This document shows, piece after piece, positions 31,317 to 46,636 of a stretch of DNA of 64,000 nucleotides. The translations under genes and the position numbers were made by a program. The stretch lies in NCBI RefSeq assembly GCF_009914755.1, contig NC_060930.1. One strand, written 5' to 3'. Positions within the stretch are counted from its first letter, which is position 1. Every line of letters begins with the position of its first letter. This stretch comes from the human T2T-CHM13v2.0 reference genome, Homo sapiens. The notes below the pieces were generated by a model. That model had not been told where the DNA came from. It searched no databases and saw nothing but the letters and a program-made list of their open reading frames with translations.

Positions 31317-34228
31317 AATTGGTTGCAACTCCTGCTGCCCTCCCTTACCTCCTCTCCGAGTCTCTGGCCACTCACTGCTGTCGAGTCAATAGCTGAGCTC
31401 CAGTGCTCAATACCCGTCTCTTCTTGCACATTTCTAAAATCCCTTGTAGTTTTTTTCCAGCTATGTAGGACTTTGACACTTGTAGATAAAGACTCATTAT
31501 TTACTTGTAATTGCCTCTTCTCAAGAACCAGGCTGCAAACTGAGGCCTCTTAAGGCTAAATTGCCCATAAGTTGCTTATGATAACAGACTTAAATGCTGA
31601 ATCATAAGAAAGTTCTCATTTTTCTCCTTCTGGCACTTGAACTGAAATTACATGTGTATATTAATAAAATGAGAACATAGCACTCGATTGAACCAAGAGT
31701 TTATTCACACACCATGCATCATGCTGATCCAGGGAGCCTTTGTGCCTTCTCAGATGTCTGTGATTTGGAAGAGGTTTCCAAACTCATTTCTGTTCTAAAC
31801 AGTGTGAGATTTGGGAGACACAGGTTATAGGTGATCTGGCTCTGCCATTTTGCAAGGCTGCCAAACCTTGCCAAGCCCAAGTTTTATCTGCAGAAAGTGA
31901 GCATGACATGATACTGTTTGTGACGAGCTCTTTTTCAAACCATAGAGCTGTTTGGAAAAGCAAATCGTTGTGCCATGATTTGGGGATTTTAGTTTTTTCT
32001 AGGTGAGTTTTTGGTTCTCTGTTTGTAATGTGGTGTAGTGTGGCTGCTTCCCAACCAGTGATGAATGCACACACTGATTTGTTGGAAGAACCAGTGCAGA
32101 TGTTGGCTTTCCCCCAGGGAGTTTGCAGTGAATGCCGGTCTTCCAAATCTGTATTCTGCTGCTTGGGGGGGAGCCTTTCGTTTCTCTGCAAGTTTGGATC
32201 TGGGAGCTCTTGCTGTGCAAATTTTGCCCAGAGAATCTGTAGTATTCATTCTCCTGCCGGTCTCAGGGCAAGCCCAGTTTTTTGAATGAGACCTTCTGGA
32301 GCTACTGCAAACAGCCTTTCTGACCCCACAGTGAGGAGAAACTGAGGCAACCGAAGCCTTGAGGAGGGTTCTTTCACCAGTGTGAGCATAGCTGACTTTG
32401 GGATTCTTTTGTTGTGATCTGTGGATCAATCCTGTCCCTGAGCTCTCCTGATTTTGTTATAACAGCAGAGTCCACTTAGATTTTAACCATTTGATCAGCA
32501 GAGCCTTGTTTTTGGCCTGTTGTGCTGCATGATTTACAGTGTGCATCTGGATTTGTAATTATGCCTCACATAGTTTATATTTTGATTCACTTCAGGCTTT
32601 TCTGCTTTCTCCTCTTTACCTGCCTCTAGGGCCATATGGAGTGGAAGTTTGCATGTTGTTGTAAAAGCATTTTGAAATGTTCATCAGACTTTCATGGTTT
32701 CCTTACTTCCCTTTTAGGTTTTGCATTTTAAATTAGGTTATAGAATTGTGAATTTACCAAACTATATTGTGGATTTTATTCAAACAGTTTCTGTGGGTAT
32801 GAAATACTGGTCATGTGTATGTATCAATATTTTATATGGAATCATTATATTTCTTGGGGTTAGGCTGACAAAAAACAATCTGTTAGCTTCATTCATGAGA
32901 GGTATTCAGATTTGAAATTTTTGACTTTGGAATAAATCAGTTTTCCTCAACTTATATTTTAATGTTCTGTGATATATGTGATCTAAAGATGACTTTGGGG
33001 GTGAGAGTGGGGCTAAAAAAAAAAAAGAAATAGATGATAAAAAAGATGACTTTGAGTAATTTTTAAATAATTAATTTTAAATATTTTTTTCTTGATCAAT
33101 TTTGGACATATGAGTTAGAATTCATTTAGAATATATATATATATGTTGAATATAATCATAGGTAATATAACAAATTCTATAATAGTAGAAAGTAAGTTTT
33201 AGATTTTTTTGGTAACTCTTTTCACAAATGTTATATTATTTTTCCCCTCTGGTTTGAAATGAATAGTTTTGAGTCTTTGAGAATGGTCATACCATAAAAT
33301 TATATCTGTGTTCCACAAAAGTTAGTAATTGGAAAAGGAATGAACATTTAATTAAAATATCACTAGCTTAAACTATCAATAGGAGTCTGTAACTCTAAGT
33401 TTACTTAATTTTCCTTAGAAAATTTTATGAAATACTCCCTTGAAATCAAATCATATTATAGCAAGTTGCTTCAAGTTAGTATATGTGAACTGCTAGTTCA
33501 CAACAATCATGACTGATTGTTGAGTCTACTTTTTCATTTTTACTGAGGTATGGATAAGACTTAGACATGCCCTCTTCTTTGACAAGTTTTTCCTTGTTGC
33601 AACAGATTCTATAACTTGCCTGTTGGTTGCTGATGCAGCTTTTCAGAAATAGGCCGTGCAGTGTGGCCCCAGGCAAAAGCTTTGTCTTTTCTCCCGAGAA
33701 CCTAGCGGAATGACTGCCAGAGTGATCACTATAAAGCATTTTACCAGGTTATTTTGAAGGGACGCAGGGAGCAGAAAGAGTGTATTTCAGAAAGTTCAGC
33801 AGGGCAGAAAAGGCCTGTGGAAAACAAAAGAGTGTAAAGATTTCATTTATTTTAGGGTATGGATAGGGTAAAGAAGTGAATTTAGCTACATCGTGCTGAG
33901 ATTTTATTGATTTAAATACAGTAGTCTTAAAATCATCTTGGGAGTTGGTGTGTTAACTCAATCCGTTTAACTAAACAGAATGCAGGCAAGGCAGGCTGAA
34001 CTTCTGTTCCGGCCGTGCTTTTTCTGCTACTTAATTTGATATTCTCCATACTGAGAGAATGGTGTTTCTTTACATTCTTTCAAAGGAAAATCCTCCTCTT
34101 TTGAGTTTAGCAATTCTATTAACTAGAGCAGATTGACTTTCTTGTCATTATTTTTAAGGAGTGCAAAGATTGGGGTCAGGAAACCTTTATACTGTAATTG
34201 AGTTTAAGTACTTTTTTAACGTGGTCAC

Positions 34229-34272
34229 TTAGGTTGGTGCAAAAGTAATTTGCGATTTTTGCCATTACTTTC
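34229..34272. mobile_element. Half MADE1 (mariner MITE)
   Basis: TTAGGTTGGTGCAAAAGTAATTTGCGATTTTTGCCATTACTTTC. Confidence 0.85.
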
Positions 34273-34952
34273 TTACCTACTTTTTAAGTACTCTAAGGAT
34301 TAATATGAGGATTGAACATTTTGAATAAGACACTATTCTCAATTGTAGAACTACATACTACAATCTGGTTACGCAAAGCTGTGGGGTCACAGCCTCTCCA
34401 TATAAGCTGGCTCTGTGCTCTCAATTGTCCTGTGTGCAGTATGGGTGGAAATACAAGAGAGAAGGCCACTTACTAGCTGAATGGCCTTGGGCACATCACC
34501 AAAGGAGCCTTCCTGTGCTCAGAAAGAGTATGTGGAATCTGGACTAAAGTGATTGTCCTATTTCTATTCTGTGAAACTTTGATACTTTTAAGAAACATTT
34601 AGGATAAACTATGACACTATTATCTTCATCCTGATGTTCAGCCTAAACCAGGCATATTCTGGGTCCGTATTCTTTTGGGTCTTGACGTGTCTTCTATTAG
34701 ACAAGGAAAATATGAATCTTCTACTTTATAGTCATTATTGATGTGATTTCTTACTGAGATCAGAGTGTCAGAGCCAGAATGGAAATAACAGGTAAAATAG
34801 AAACCTAGAGTTTTTTATTTAGTTTGAATTTGAGGCTGGGTAGACTTGTGGGTTTTAATTTCAAAGTAAGAAAAGGGTGGGTCTAGGAGAACAGACTAAA
34901 TATATTAAGAGAATGTTAAAAACCCAAGTTGTAAACTGTATTGAAGCATTGG

Positions 34953-34953
<1 letters not shown>

Positions 34954-34988
<35 letters not shown>
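34954..34988. repeat. (TG)n microsatellite
   Basis: About 17 TG units. Confidence 0.95.
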
Positions 34989-34990
<2 letters not shown>

Positions 34991-35962
34991 CTTCCATGTT
35001 TATTTTGACAGAGTGGTTTGCCTGAGTAAAAGCTTTTCGTTTAAATCCTACTGTAAGCAAAGAAAAACATGTTTAACTGAATGTAATTGCCTTGTGCTCA
35101 ATTTGCTACTCACTTTGGAGCAGGTTCACACACTAAAATAACATAAGGGGAGGTTAAATTACATCAAAGGTTAAGACAGATAAGCTTAAGTGATCTCATT
35201 GTAGCTCCTATACTAATTAAAACAAGTTGACAAAATATTTTTGTAAGTACTAGCCTTCCTTTATGTGTAGTGCTTAGTGTCTTTATTTTTAGTAGAAAAA
35301 AGGTCTTAAAAATATTTGAGGAAATTTATATTAAAACCTTTTGAGTTTTCATTTAAATAATACTTGCCGGTTAATCAGGAAATGATTCTTTAAATTTCTT
35401 TTTATTTTTAATTTTTGTGGGTACATAGTAGTATATAGGAAATGATTCCTAAACACCCTGTGAATTTGAGGCACAGTGTGGAGCATCAGTGGGCTGCAGT
35501 TAGCTTCTTTGTCCACTCCTGTGTCTTACCTAATTTCCATGTTACAGCCACAGGAATGGGCCAAGGCTGAAGCAGAGACTTTACCCTAGCTGGTGATCAG
35601 ATGGAAAAGCAAGGCTGGGGCCTAATTACAGGAGCTCCTTGAACATGACCCAAGAACTTGGAGCATTAGTCTGAGTTTCTGAGGTTTCTGAATGTGTGTA
35701 TGATGTGATCATAGTCAAGTTTTCAGAATGCCGATCTGAAGGTATTAATCAAACTTTTTTTTGCTGTGTATCTCCTAAGAGAATTAGAAAAAAAACAGGG
35801 TTCTTGTAAATTTTTAAGTTGTCACACCCAGTTTTCTAAAGACTTAAATAGATGCTGAGGATACAGTTTCCAGTTCATTGTAAACATTGTAATTTATGCA
35901 AACAGAATCCTAATTATCATAGTAACTTGGTAACCATTATCATCCATTTAAAAAATAATGTA

Positions 35963-36257
<295 letters not shown>

Positions 36258-36669
36258 TAAAAAAATAATAGAAATTTTACATTCTTTTCTTTATTTCCAT
36301 TCAGTTTGTACTCAGAATTTGATCCTAAGACAGGGTATTGTCCTGCTTAGAAGTATTTTATTGATCATCCTATCATATTTTCCTATAACAAAATATACAT
36401 ATAAACTTTTAAATTTTTATTAAGATGGACTTCTGAGATGGCAGAGTAAGGGCCTCCAGAAATTTGCTCCTCCGTGAAAGCAATAAGAACACTGCCAAGA
36501 ATTACCAAAATTAACTTTTTCAGAACTCTGGAAATTAACCAAAGGCTTACAGTAATTCTAAGAGTGTTCTTTCAAGAGAAATGACTGAATCATAATAAAA
36601 ACAGTGAGCTGTGGTGTTTTAACTTGGTTAGTACCTCCCCCTTTCCCTAGCTCTGTGGTATCAGAGCAA

Positions 36670-36843
36670 TGTAATTGCTATGTAAATAGTTGTTATACTG
36701 TATTTAGGGAATAATGACAAGAAAAATAAGCCTGTGTATGTTCAATACAGACACAACCATCTGTTTTTTTTCCATGAATATTTTCCATTGACAATTGGTC
36801 AAATCCATGGATGTGGAACCCACAGATATAGAGGACAGACTGC
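36670..36843. mobile_element. MER2 (Tigger-type) fragment following an old L1M 5' fragment (~36425-36660)
   Basis: GCTATGTAAATAGTTGTTATACTGTATT..GGATGTGGAACCCACAGATATAGAGGACAGACTG. Confidence 0.7.
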
Positions 36844-37543
36844 ATATGAATGGGGTGGAGAGGGAGTCTTAGCTACCTGGAGAATGTGCTGCACCAAAAC
36901 AGCATTCTGATTCACATTCCAAAAAAAAACTCTGGACTGGTTTACTAAGACACAATGCAGGCCAAACTGCCCCATTGGAACTCTGATCTAGGGGATATAT
37001 AGACATCATATCACCTATTATCAGTTGAGCTTTTAGAATATTTTGAACAGCAGGGAGTTGTGAGTTGTATTTTCTAACCGGTAACTGGTCTACGGATGAC
37101 CCGTGTTGCCAGTTAATCATGCAGTCTTATGCTTTACCTGTTGGGCAGACAAGGGAAGGGGTAAAGTCATTAGTCTTTTCAGCAGAGGTCATTGGGATTT
37201 CAGAGGTAAGGGGAAGGGGCCAAATCGGCCATGGCCTTTGGCCTCCAAATACCATTTTGGGGCTCATCAAGAGAGAAGAAGCAGGTCCAGCATTTACACT
37301 GCGTTGTAATTTACATGGTAAATGAAAATCACATAGATAAACTATGAGTAAAGAGGTTTGAGTATTGCCACATTTTGAATATTTGTGCTGACAAAGGAGG
37401 ACATTAATATGGATAATCAAAATCAAGCTTATTTTCCTAAGCAAGGATAATATTGGAATACAGTACTAAAGACTGACATGAAGTCTTTAAAAATAGGATT
37501 GTTTAACAACTGGTTGGACAGTTTCTCCGCAGTTGTATATATA

Positions 37544-38099
37544 CAGTCATGCATTGCTTAATGACAGGGATACATTCTAAGAAGTGTGTCATTTGGCGAT
37601 TTCATCATCAGGCGTACATCATAGAGTGTACTTATACAAAGTATAGCCTACTACATACGTAGGCCAGATGGTATACCCTGTTGCTTCTGTGCTACAAACC
37701 TGTACAGCAGGTTCGTTGAATACTGTAGGCAATTGGAACACAATGGTATTTATGCATCTAAACATACAGAAACATAGAAAAGGCACAGTAAAAATACAGT
37801 ACAAAAGATAAACAGTGGTACACACATGTAGGCCACTTACACATGAAAGGAGCTTTCAGGACTGGAAGTTACTCTGGGTGAGTCAGTGAGTGAATCTGAA
37901 GGCCTAGGACATTACATTACTGTAGACTTTGATAAACACTGTACACTTAGGCTACCCTAAATGTAGGGGAAAAATGAGGTAGGTATACTAGGACGTCACT
38001 AGGCAATAGGAATTTGTCAGTTCAGTTATAATCTTATGGGACCACTGTTGTGTACGGAGTTCATTGTTGAATCAAACGTCGTTATATAGCATATGACTG
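37544..38099 (-). mobile_element. Tigger3 (Golem) deletion derivative
   Basis: TIRs CAGTCAT...ATGACTG with TA on both sides. Confidence 0.85.
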
Positions 38100-38740
38100 T
38101 ATATGCACACGTACATATACACACACATACACTTACACATATGCTTAGTCTGGAGTCCTCTTCCCATTTTATGATAGTGTGATTTGGTTCCAAGAGCTCC
38201 TGAATCTACATTTCCTTCAGAGCACATTATGTAGTGCATTTTCGTGCTAGGATGCTGTGTAGTTTTCAATGATTTAGTACCCCCAAGATCTAAATCTCCA
38301 AACAAGAGAAAAGGCAGCCTGCTAATTTCTTTTCTAGTACAGTGTGATCCCATTATATGCAAATTGAATTATGCAAATTTCAATTACTCACATATAAATA
38401 ATATTAATAAAAGCTTCACATTGTGTGCAAAATTTCAGCAAGCATGTTTTCCCAAATTATGTGTGAAGCCATTTCATATTTTCAAAGCTGTCAGGTCAAC
38501 TGAATTATAAAAGTGCTTTCTTACCCAGTGGCACCATTTATATTTTTTATATTTTATATGTTTCTATTTTATAAATATGTTTATATTTTATATGTTTATA
38601 TTTTCTTATAAACAAATACTAACTTGTGGCAGTATTATGTGAACTCTTCTTGTTGCTAGAACTTCTGTAAGGATTTTGGTGACGTTTGTATTATTATTAT
38701 TTTTTACATTCACTGTTACAATTTAAAATCTTTACTATAG

Positions 38741-39049
38741 CTTTTTCTTTTTTTTTTCTTTGACAGGGTCTGGCTCTGTCACACAGGCTGTGGTGTAGTA
38801 GCATGATCTTGGCTCACTGCAGCTTCCGCCTCCCAGGCTCAAGCCAATGCTTCCACCTCGGCCTCCTGAGTAGCTGGGACTACAGGCACGTGCCACAACA
38901 CCAGGCTAATTTTTGTATTTTCTTTTTTTGATAGAGATGAGATCTCACCATGTTGCCCAGGCTGGTTTTGAACTCCTGGGCTGAAGTGACCTTCCTGCCT
39001 TGGCCTCTTAAAATGCTGGAATTATAAGCGTGTGCCATTGTGTCCAGCC
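38741..39049 (-). mobile_element. AluJ
   Basis: Diverged dimer with J diagnostics. Confidence 0.9.
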
Positions 39050-39432
39050 TGTAGCTTTCAAAATATCACCTAAGTGTGCTAATACTGGTGCTGAAAAACA
39101 TCCTGGAAATCAGTAACTTTGGAAAAGAAATTAGATGTGATAAAAGATACCAGGAAATGACATGCTGTTAATTTATGAAATAAACTCAGAAGTATGAGAG
39201 TTAATGCTGATAGAATTAAAAAGTATGAGTAAAGCAGAAATACAGCACAATGACGGCACGTGTCTGTGTTCTGAGTGTGCATTCCGCATACTCTATCCTT
39301 AGACTATGGAATAATCTGTTCTGAATTATGTAAGTTCTTCAGGACCATGTCCCATGAGTAAAATGCAGTCATGCTTCATGAATCTCTGTTACCCATGCTA
39401 GGGAAAGATGGATTAGGTTTAAAAATACATAT

Positions 39433-39978
39433 TGTTACAGGACAGGGGTCCTGATCCAGACTCCAAGAGAGGGTTCTTGGATCTCGCACAAGAAAGAATT
39501 CAGGGCGAGTCCGCAGTGCAAAGTGAAAGCAAGTTTATTAAGAAAGTAAAGGAATAAAAGAATGGCTACTCCATAGACAGAGCAGCCCCAAGGGCTGCTG
39601 GTTGCCCACTTTATGGTTATTTCTTGATGATACACTAAACAAGTGGTGGATTATTCATGCCTCCCCTTTTTAGACCATACAGGGTAACTTCCTGACGTTG
39701 CCATGGCATTTGTAAACTTGTCATGGCACTGGTGGGAGTGGAGCAGTGAGAATGACCAGAGGTCACTCTCGTCACCATTTTCGGTTTGGTCGGTTTTGAC
39801 CGGCTCCTTTACTGCAATCTGTTTTTATCAGCAAGGTCTTTATGATATGTGTTTTGTGCCGACCTCCTGTCTCATCATGTGACTTAACTATCTGGGAATG
39901 CAGCCCAGTAGGTTTCAGCCTCATTTTACCCAGCTCCTATTTAAGATAGAGTTGCTCTGGTTCACACGCCTCTTGACA
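39433..39978 (-). mobile_element. Solo LTR MER41A
   Basis: TGTTAC...TGACA termini, 4-bp TSD ATAT, 546 bp, matches the recalled MER41A consensus. Confidence 0.88.
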
Positions 39979-40604
39979 ATATAACAGAGTACTTATTTGT
40001 CTGACACTGAGAAGAACATCTTCATGGGGTTAGAAGAAGATAATTTTGAAGGTCTCCTTTTCCTTCTACTTCTTTGACACTAGTCAGTAAATATTGAGTG
40101 AATTATCTTATGCATGCCATACTGCTTTGTTGTGAAGAAGAAATCTACTTCTTGCCCCTCATAAGCCTAAAGCACACATAGAAAGTCATGACTGACAAAA
40201 GTGTAAGTTGGGAGAGCATGCAAGTGGCAACATTTGGCCCAAGAGTAATATAGAGGGCTGTAGAGAGTGGGATGGTACTTTCCCAGCTAAGAAGGCTGGC
40301 ACCTCCCTGGGCTTGGGAAGATGTGGAAGGGATTGGGCTTGGGACAGGATTGAGGCGAGGCACAGGTGGAGGAGGGTGTGTGCCTGCATGTAGCAAAAGG
40401 GGGCAAATGAGAGGGGGTGAATATAATAACACTGAAGTGCCCAACTCCTGGTGGGCTCGGCCAGCCTTGCACTTAATGTGGAGAAAGGAGGATGGATGGC
40501 CACTTCCTGGTTGTGGCTTTGCTCTAAACTTGTTCAAAATCTCTTGATTTTTATGACAAGTAATATAAAGTGATATGGCATTTGTTAACAATTGCTTATA
40601 GTTA

Positions 40605-41243
<639 letters not shown>

Positions 41244-41246
41244 TTA

Positions 41247-41699
<453 letters not shown>

Positions 41700-42989
41700 T
41701 TAGGTGATTTGCCAAAGGTCTTTAATAAGTTGCAGAGCTGAGTCACATCCAGGCAGGCTGGCTCTGTGTCATCTCCCACAGTCTGGAGTCGGGAAGCTGG
41801 AGATGGAGGACACTGGTCAGAAATTCATACCCTAAGAGGACCATGCTCTCTGCAAACAAGGGGATTTGTTCCCACATAAGAGGAATAATCAGCGATCTAA
41901 TAAAACAGTTTTGAAACCTTACATTTGTAATAACCAGTTCACTTTTACACAGCTAGTATCCCATGGAACCGGGACTTACACATAAATGTCTTTTTTTCCT
42001 CCTTTAAAAAAAAAATGGTACCTGGGTGCCACAAGGAGGGTAGCAGGAATGATGTTAGTTTGAGGAAGTGAGGGTGAGGGCCAGGCTCTGTCCCGACAGA
42101 GAAGGCCTGGACTGAATCTAGGAGACCTGGCTGGAGCTCTGCAGCTGCCTCCCCAGCAGCTGGGCTGGTTCTCCCCATGGGTTCACCCTCTCTCTATTAC
42201 TGTGGTCACAACCAGAGGACTGAGTCTGGTTGGGTCATTCTTTCCTTCATCAGAAGATTTATTAAACACTTATTTATGCAGTATTGGGTTTACAAGGATG
42301 AATGTGACTAAGTCATCCCTATTTTAGATTTTGCCTGGAAAGCCTCATATGACTTAAGAAGACCCTCCTTACCTTCATTCCACCCAACTCCCCACCTGCT
42401 TATGGTGCAGCTATTTTAAGGGGGATAAAAATATTTAACTCATAGTTTAAAAGCTGAAAATAGCAATGTCCGGTTTATGGGGCTCCTCAGTGAATGAGGT
42501 TGTCAGGAGATTTGGGCTCATTGGGCATTCAGTGTGATCCTCCTCTTTCAATAGGTAAGGAGCACAGAGTTCTGAAGTGAGGGCAGGATGCAGGGTAAGA
42601 AAGCTGGGGAGACAGGATAGGCTTGGCCCAGGTGACTGCAGCCTAGCTACCCTGTTATCCAGACTTGAAACTGAGATTTTTGCCCAGAATCACATGAACC
42701 CTGTTTATTTTAACTTGAGCAGAAGAAATAGAAGCTGGGTACTGACTACTTGATGATGAACCTAAAATACAGGCCTTGGAAGGTTTATATACTTTTTTAA
42801 ACAATGCCAACTCTGTGTAAAGGAGCATTTTTCTGTTTTGCTTGTTAGATTATCACAGTTTAGATTAATGCGCCAAGGGAAGTTGGTGGCACAAGTGTAT
42901 GATACCCTTCTCCCATCTCTCCTGTTGAAGATTTAATTGTGTCAGATCAATCTATATTCCATTTATGCCTTTGTGGGACTGCTGTTCTG

Positions 42990-43256
42990 TTTTTAGTTTG
43001 GAGACAAGGTTTCACTCATTGCCGAGGCTCACTGCAGCCTCAATTTCCTCGACTCACTTGATCCTTCCACCTCAGCCTCCTGAGTAGCTGGGACTATAGG
43101 CACATGCCACTGAGCCCAACTAATTTTTTAAAATTTTCATGGAGACGGAGTCTCACTATGTTGTCCAGGCTGTTCTCTAACTCCTGGCCGCAAGTGATTC
43201 TCTGGCCTCAGCCTCCCAAGTGCTGGAATTACAGGCGTGAGCCACTGTGCCTGGCC
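42990..43256 (-). mobile_element. AluJ, partly deleted
   Basis: Diverged Alu arms. Confidence 0.85.
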
Positions 43257-45665
43257 ATACTTACTTATTTTCTAAACACCTGTATGGCATGTTCAAAACA
43301 TTGGAAAAAGTAGAAAACATTGGAGCAGTTTGCATTTATCTGGGGAGTGAAATACAGCGGTATAAAATTATGGTAGCATATAAGCAAACATTTTTATGAA
43401 ACTTTACTATTTATAAAGTGTTTCCATGTACATGAGCTGAACAGGGCAAGCATTTTATCCCCACTTTACAGATGAGGAAACAAAACTGCTCAATGTCAAA
43501 CAACTAATCAGGAGCAGACCTGGCATCAGACACCTCTCTTCTGTTATTCCCTGCTGCTTTTCCAGTTTGGACAATGTGTGTGTGTGGTGTGTGTGTGTCG
43601 GGGACAGGGGTGGTGCTAATGAGGGAGGAAAGTATGTTTGAACCGAGCCTTGAAGGAAATAATGTCCGAGTTTAGAGGCCAACACACTTCAGCAAAAGCA
43701 TTGTCAGACATCCTCTGACTATTCCCGAGGTCCACCCTGTTACCCCATTTTGCCTGTCTCCCTGGGAGCCTCACCCTGCTGGTGTGTCATAGGGTGAAGT
43801 GTCTGTTGTGTGTATTACTGGGTGTATTTAACATGCTCTTGGCTTTGTATTTGTTTTTGAAGCCTACCCACAAGGCCACATCAAAGTGGCTGACTATAAA
43901 CAAGCAGGGCTGGCAAGTTGGAGTGGGGGCTCTTCATACAAGGAAGAGGTTTTCTGGTTAGGAAACAGTGGAGCATGGCTGTGAACATGACAAACACTGT
44001 TAAAGGGACAGGGATGGGGCACAGCTGTGGTACCTTGTCTGTGTTCCATGTGTGCACTTCTGTTAGACCATTAGAGCTCTTAGCTCAAGACCTGGCATGT
44101 AGGAAGTGCTCAGTATTGGTTAAATGAAATATTTGCTGCTTTTTGAAAAGACACAGAATTTTTCCTCTCTTAATCCACCTTTCTTTAGTGTGAAAATACT
44201 TTTCAAAGAAATATCAAGTCAGTCTCAACATTTACAGTTGGAATATTGTGAATGCAAATGTTAGTTAGATCTTCCTTTGACCTAATTTGATTTTATTGGT
44301 CTTGGGTTAGTAAAATTTGGTTATTGTGGTTACATTTCAGGGACGTTTACTTCAAGGCTCTTCATCTGAAGGATCAAGATAAAAACAACTACACTTAATA
44401 ATTGACCAATTAACATTTTAAAGGCCTCTAAAGGTCACAGCCCAGGTGACTGGTGAATTTACTCAGTTTCAAACCACTCTTCTACTTCTTTTTGTTGTGC
44501 TTCAGTACATCCAGGTCTGACTGTCTAGGATTACAGCTCTCTTTTTCACTTCTGCTCCTCTTGTCATGTGTGGGTTTGGTGAGCCAGTATCTTTAATGCG
44601 ACTTTTTTCAGCACTGGAGTTTTACAAAGCCTGGGCCCAGTGGTGCCGGAAACACTAAGATGAGTAAGAGGCTTCCTCTCCTGAGTCGTCAGCTGGTGGG
44701 GATTATGAAGAGTCCCCATGATGAGGGACTCAAGTAAGATTGGGGCCAGACCATCAGGGAGGGGAGGAGAAGGGTTGGAGTCAGGATAGGGGGGCAATCC
44801 TGGTAAAATTGGTATGTAGAGAGGTGGGCCTTGAAGCAGTAGGAGTGGGGAGGAAGTTTACTAGATGCCAGGTGCTTTCTCAGCATTTCATGTGTATAGT
44901 TTTTTTCATTTCATTCTTCTGAACCATTTAAGGTACATTCTGTTGTTTTCTGCATTTTATACAGAGGAAACTGACACAAAGAGAAGTTAAGTAAGTTGTC
45001 CAAGAGCATGCAGCTCATAAATGGTCCTGCCTGGATTCCAACTCAGGCAGTCTGGTTGCAGAGTCTGAACTGTGAATTGCTGTCAGTGGCTGAATGGGAT
45101 TTGGACAAATGAAGATTAAGGGGAAACCACGGTGATCAAATATTAATACATAGAGGTAGACAAATTGGTTTAGGGCCATTTTGCCAAGGCCCTGGAATCC
45201 CACACCTGAAGGGGATAATTGTAACATATGACAGAACTAATATTTGTATAGGCTTTATGGGTCCACATTGCCACCACCCTCTGCTGATTGATTTGGTGGA
45301 ATGTTGTGTCTGTGGTTCAGTGTGCAGGGATAAGGTTGGGAAGGTTGTTGAGTAGAGGAGTCACATGGTTTGTTCCCTCTCATATGTCTTTAAGCTGTCG
45401 TGAGGTTTTGGCCTGTATTCCCTGAGCTCATGAACATGGTGTTAAGGCTCAGCCTCTGCTGTCTTCTGTACCCTGCCCATGCTCTTTCCCTGCCCTACAG
45501 TTACCCTCTGGAAAGAGTTTCCTGGAGTCTCCCTGTTTCTGCCTTTTCACCTCACTGTCTACCTCTGACCTGCCCTCCATCATTCCCGCTGGAGCTGTTC
45601 TCCGTGAGGAGACAGTGCCTGGCTCACTGCTCATTTTGGCTGGGACTTTTCAGGTTTATTGCATC

Positions 45666-45853
45666 CAGTGAATTCTTAACTCGGGGTGATTTTACCCCCT
45701 AGGGGATACCTGGCAGTGCCTGGAGACATTGAGTGGGGCTGGCCTCTACGGGATGGACAGTGAGGTTGCTGCTAGCTGCTAGACATCTTACAGGATGGCT
45801 CCCACAACAGAGATCCAGCCCAAATGTCTGTAGTGCAGAGGTGGAGAAGCACC
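45666..45853. mobile_element. MER20
   Basis: GGGGTGATTTTACCCCCTAGGGGA..CTGGAGACATT..GCCCAAATGTC..AGTGCAGAGGTGGAGAA. Confidence 0.65.
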
Positions 45854-45895
45854 GATGTTACCTGGTGCTCTGGGACATTTTGCAGTTCTCCATTC

Positions 45896-46186
45896 TTTTT
45901 TTTTTAAAGGGAGTCTCACTGTGCCACTCAGGCTGGTGTGCAGTGGCGCAATCTCTACTCACTACAACCTTCGTCTTCCAATTCAAGTGATACTCCCACC
46001 TCAGCCTCCCGAGTAGCTGGGATTACAGGTGTGCGCCACTACACCCAGCTAATTTTTGTATTTTTAGTAGAGATGGGGTTTCATCATGTTGGCCAGGCTA
46101 GTATCGAACTCCTGACCTCAGGTGATCCACCCGCCACGGCCTTCGAAAGTGCTGGGATTACAGGCGTGAGCCACTGCGCTGTCCCC
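45896..46186 (-). mobile_element. Alu (AluSx-like)
   Basis: Full dimer. Confidence 0.92.
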
Positions 46187-46580
46187 TGACTGCCTGGACA
46201 TAATTCTCTCCTGACTTGTTTTTCAGTAAATTCTGAGTTCATTTCTTACCAATCTCTGCAGGGGAATCTTCTCCTCCAGCCTTGGTTCCAGTCCTTGCAT
46301 CCCAGGATTCTTTTCCTGGCCTCTGGTCTCTGCCCACTCCTCCCGTTTTTCTTGGGCATCTCATTAGTCCTAGGGATTTGACCTTCATCTGTGGGTGAGT
46401 GACTCCACATCTGTATTCACAGCTCTAGCTCTCTTGAGCTCCAGTCAAATTCATGTCTCCTCCACCTCAGTGGTACACAGGCACTTCTAAATCAGTGGGT
46501 CCTAAATAGGGCAGCCCTAAGTCTTTTTCCATCTTCCCTGTCCTGCTGTTCCCACATTGCTGTCCGTCAGCATGGACTCT

Positions 46581-46613
<33 letters not shown>

Positions 46614-46636
46614 TCTCTCTCTCTCTCTCTCTCTCT
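46581..46636. repeat. Compound (CA)n(CT)n microsatellite within an L2 relic
   Basis: Direct inspection. Confidence 0.9.

Noticed and set aside
32597-32936. Strong-looking acceptors (AG 32629, ~32718) with a downstream AATAAA
   Set aside because: No convincing coding continuation or partner evidence; such motifs are common in AT-rich introns.
34229-34272. Possible miR-548-type hairpin from MADE1
   Set aside because: Only one arm is present, so no fold-back.
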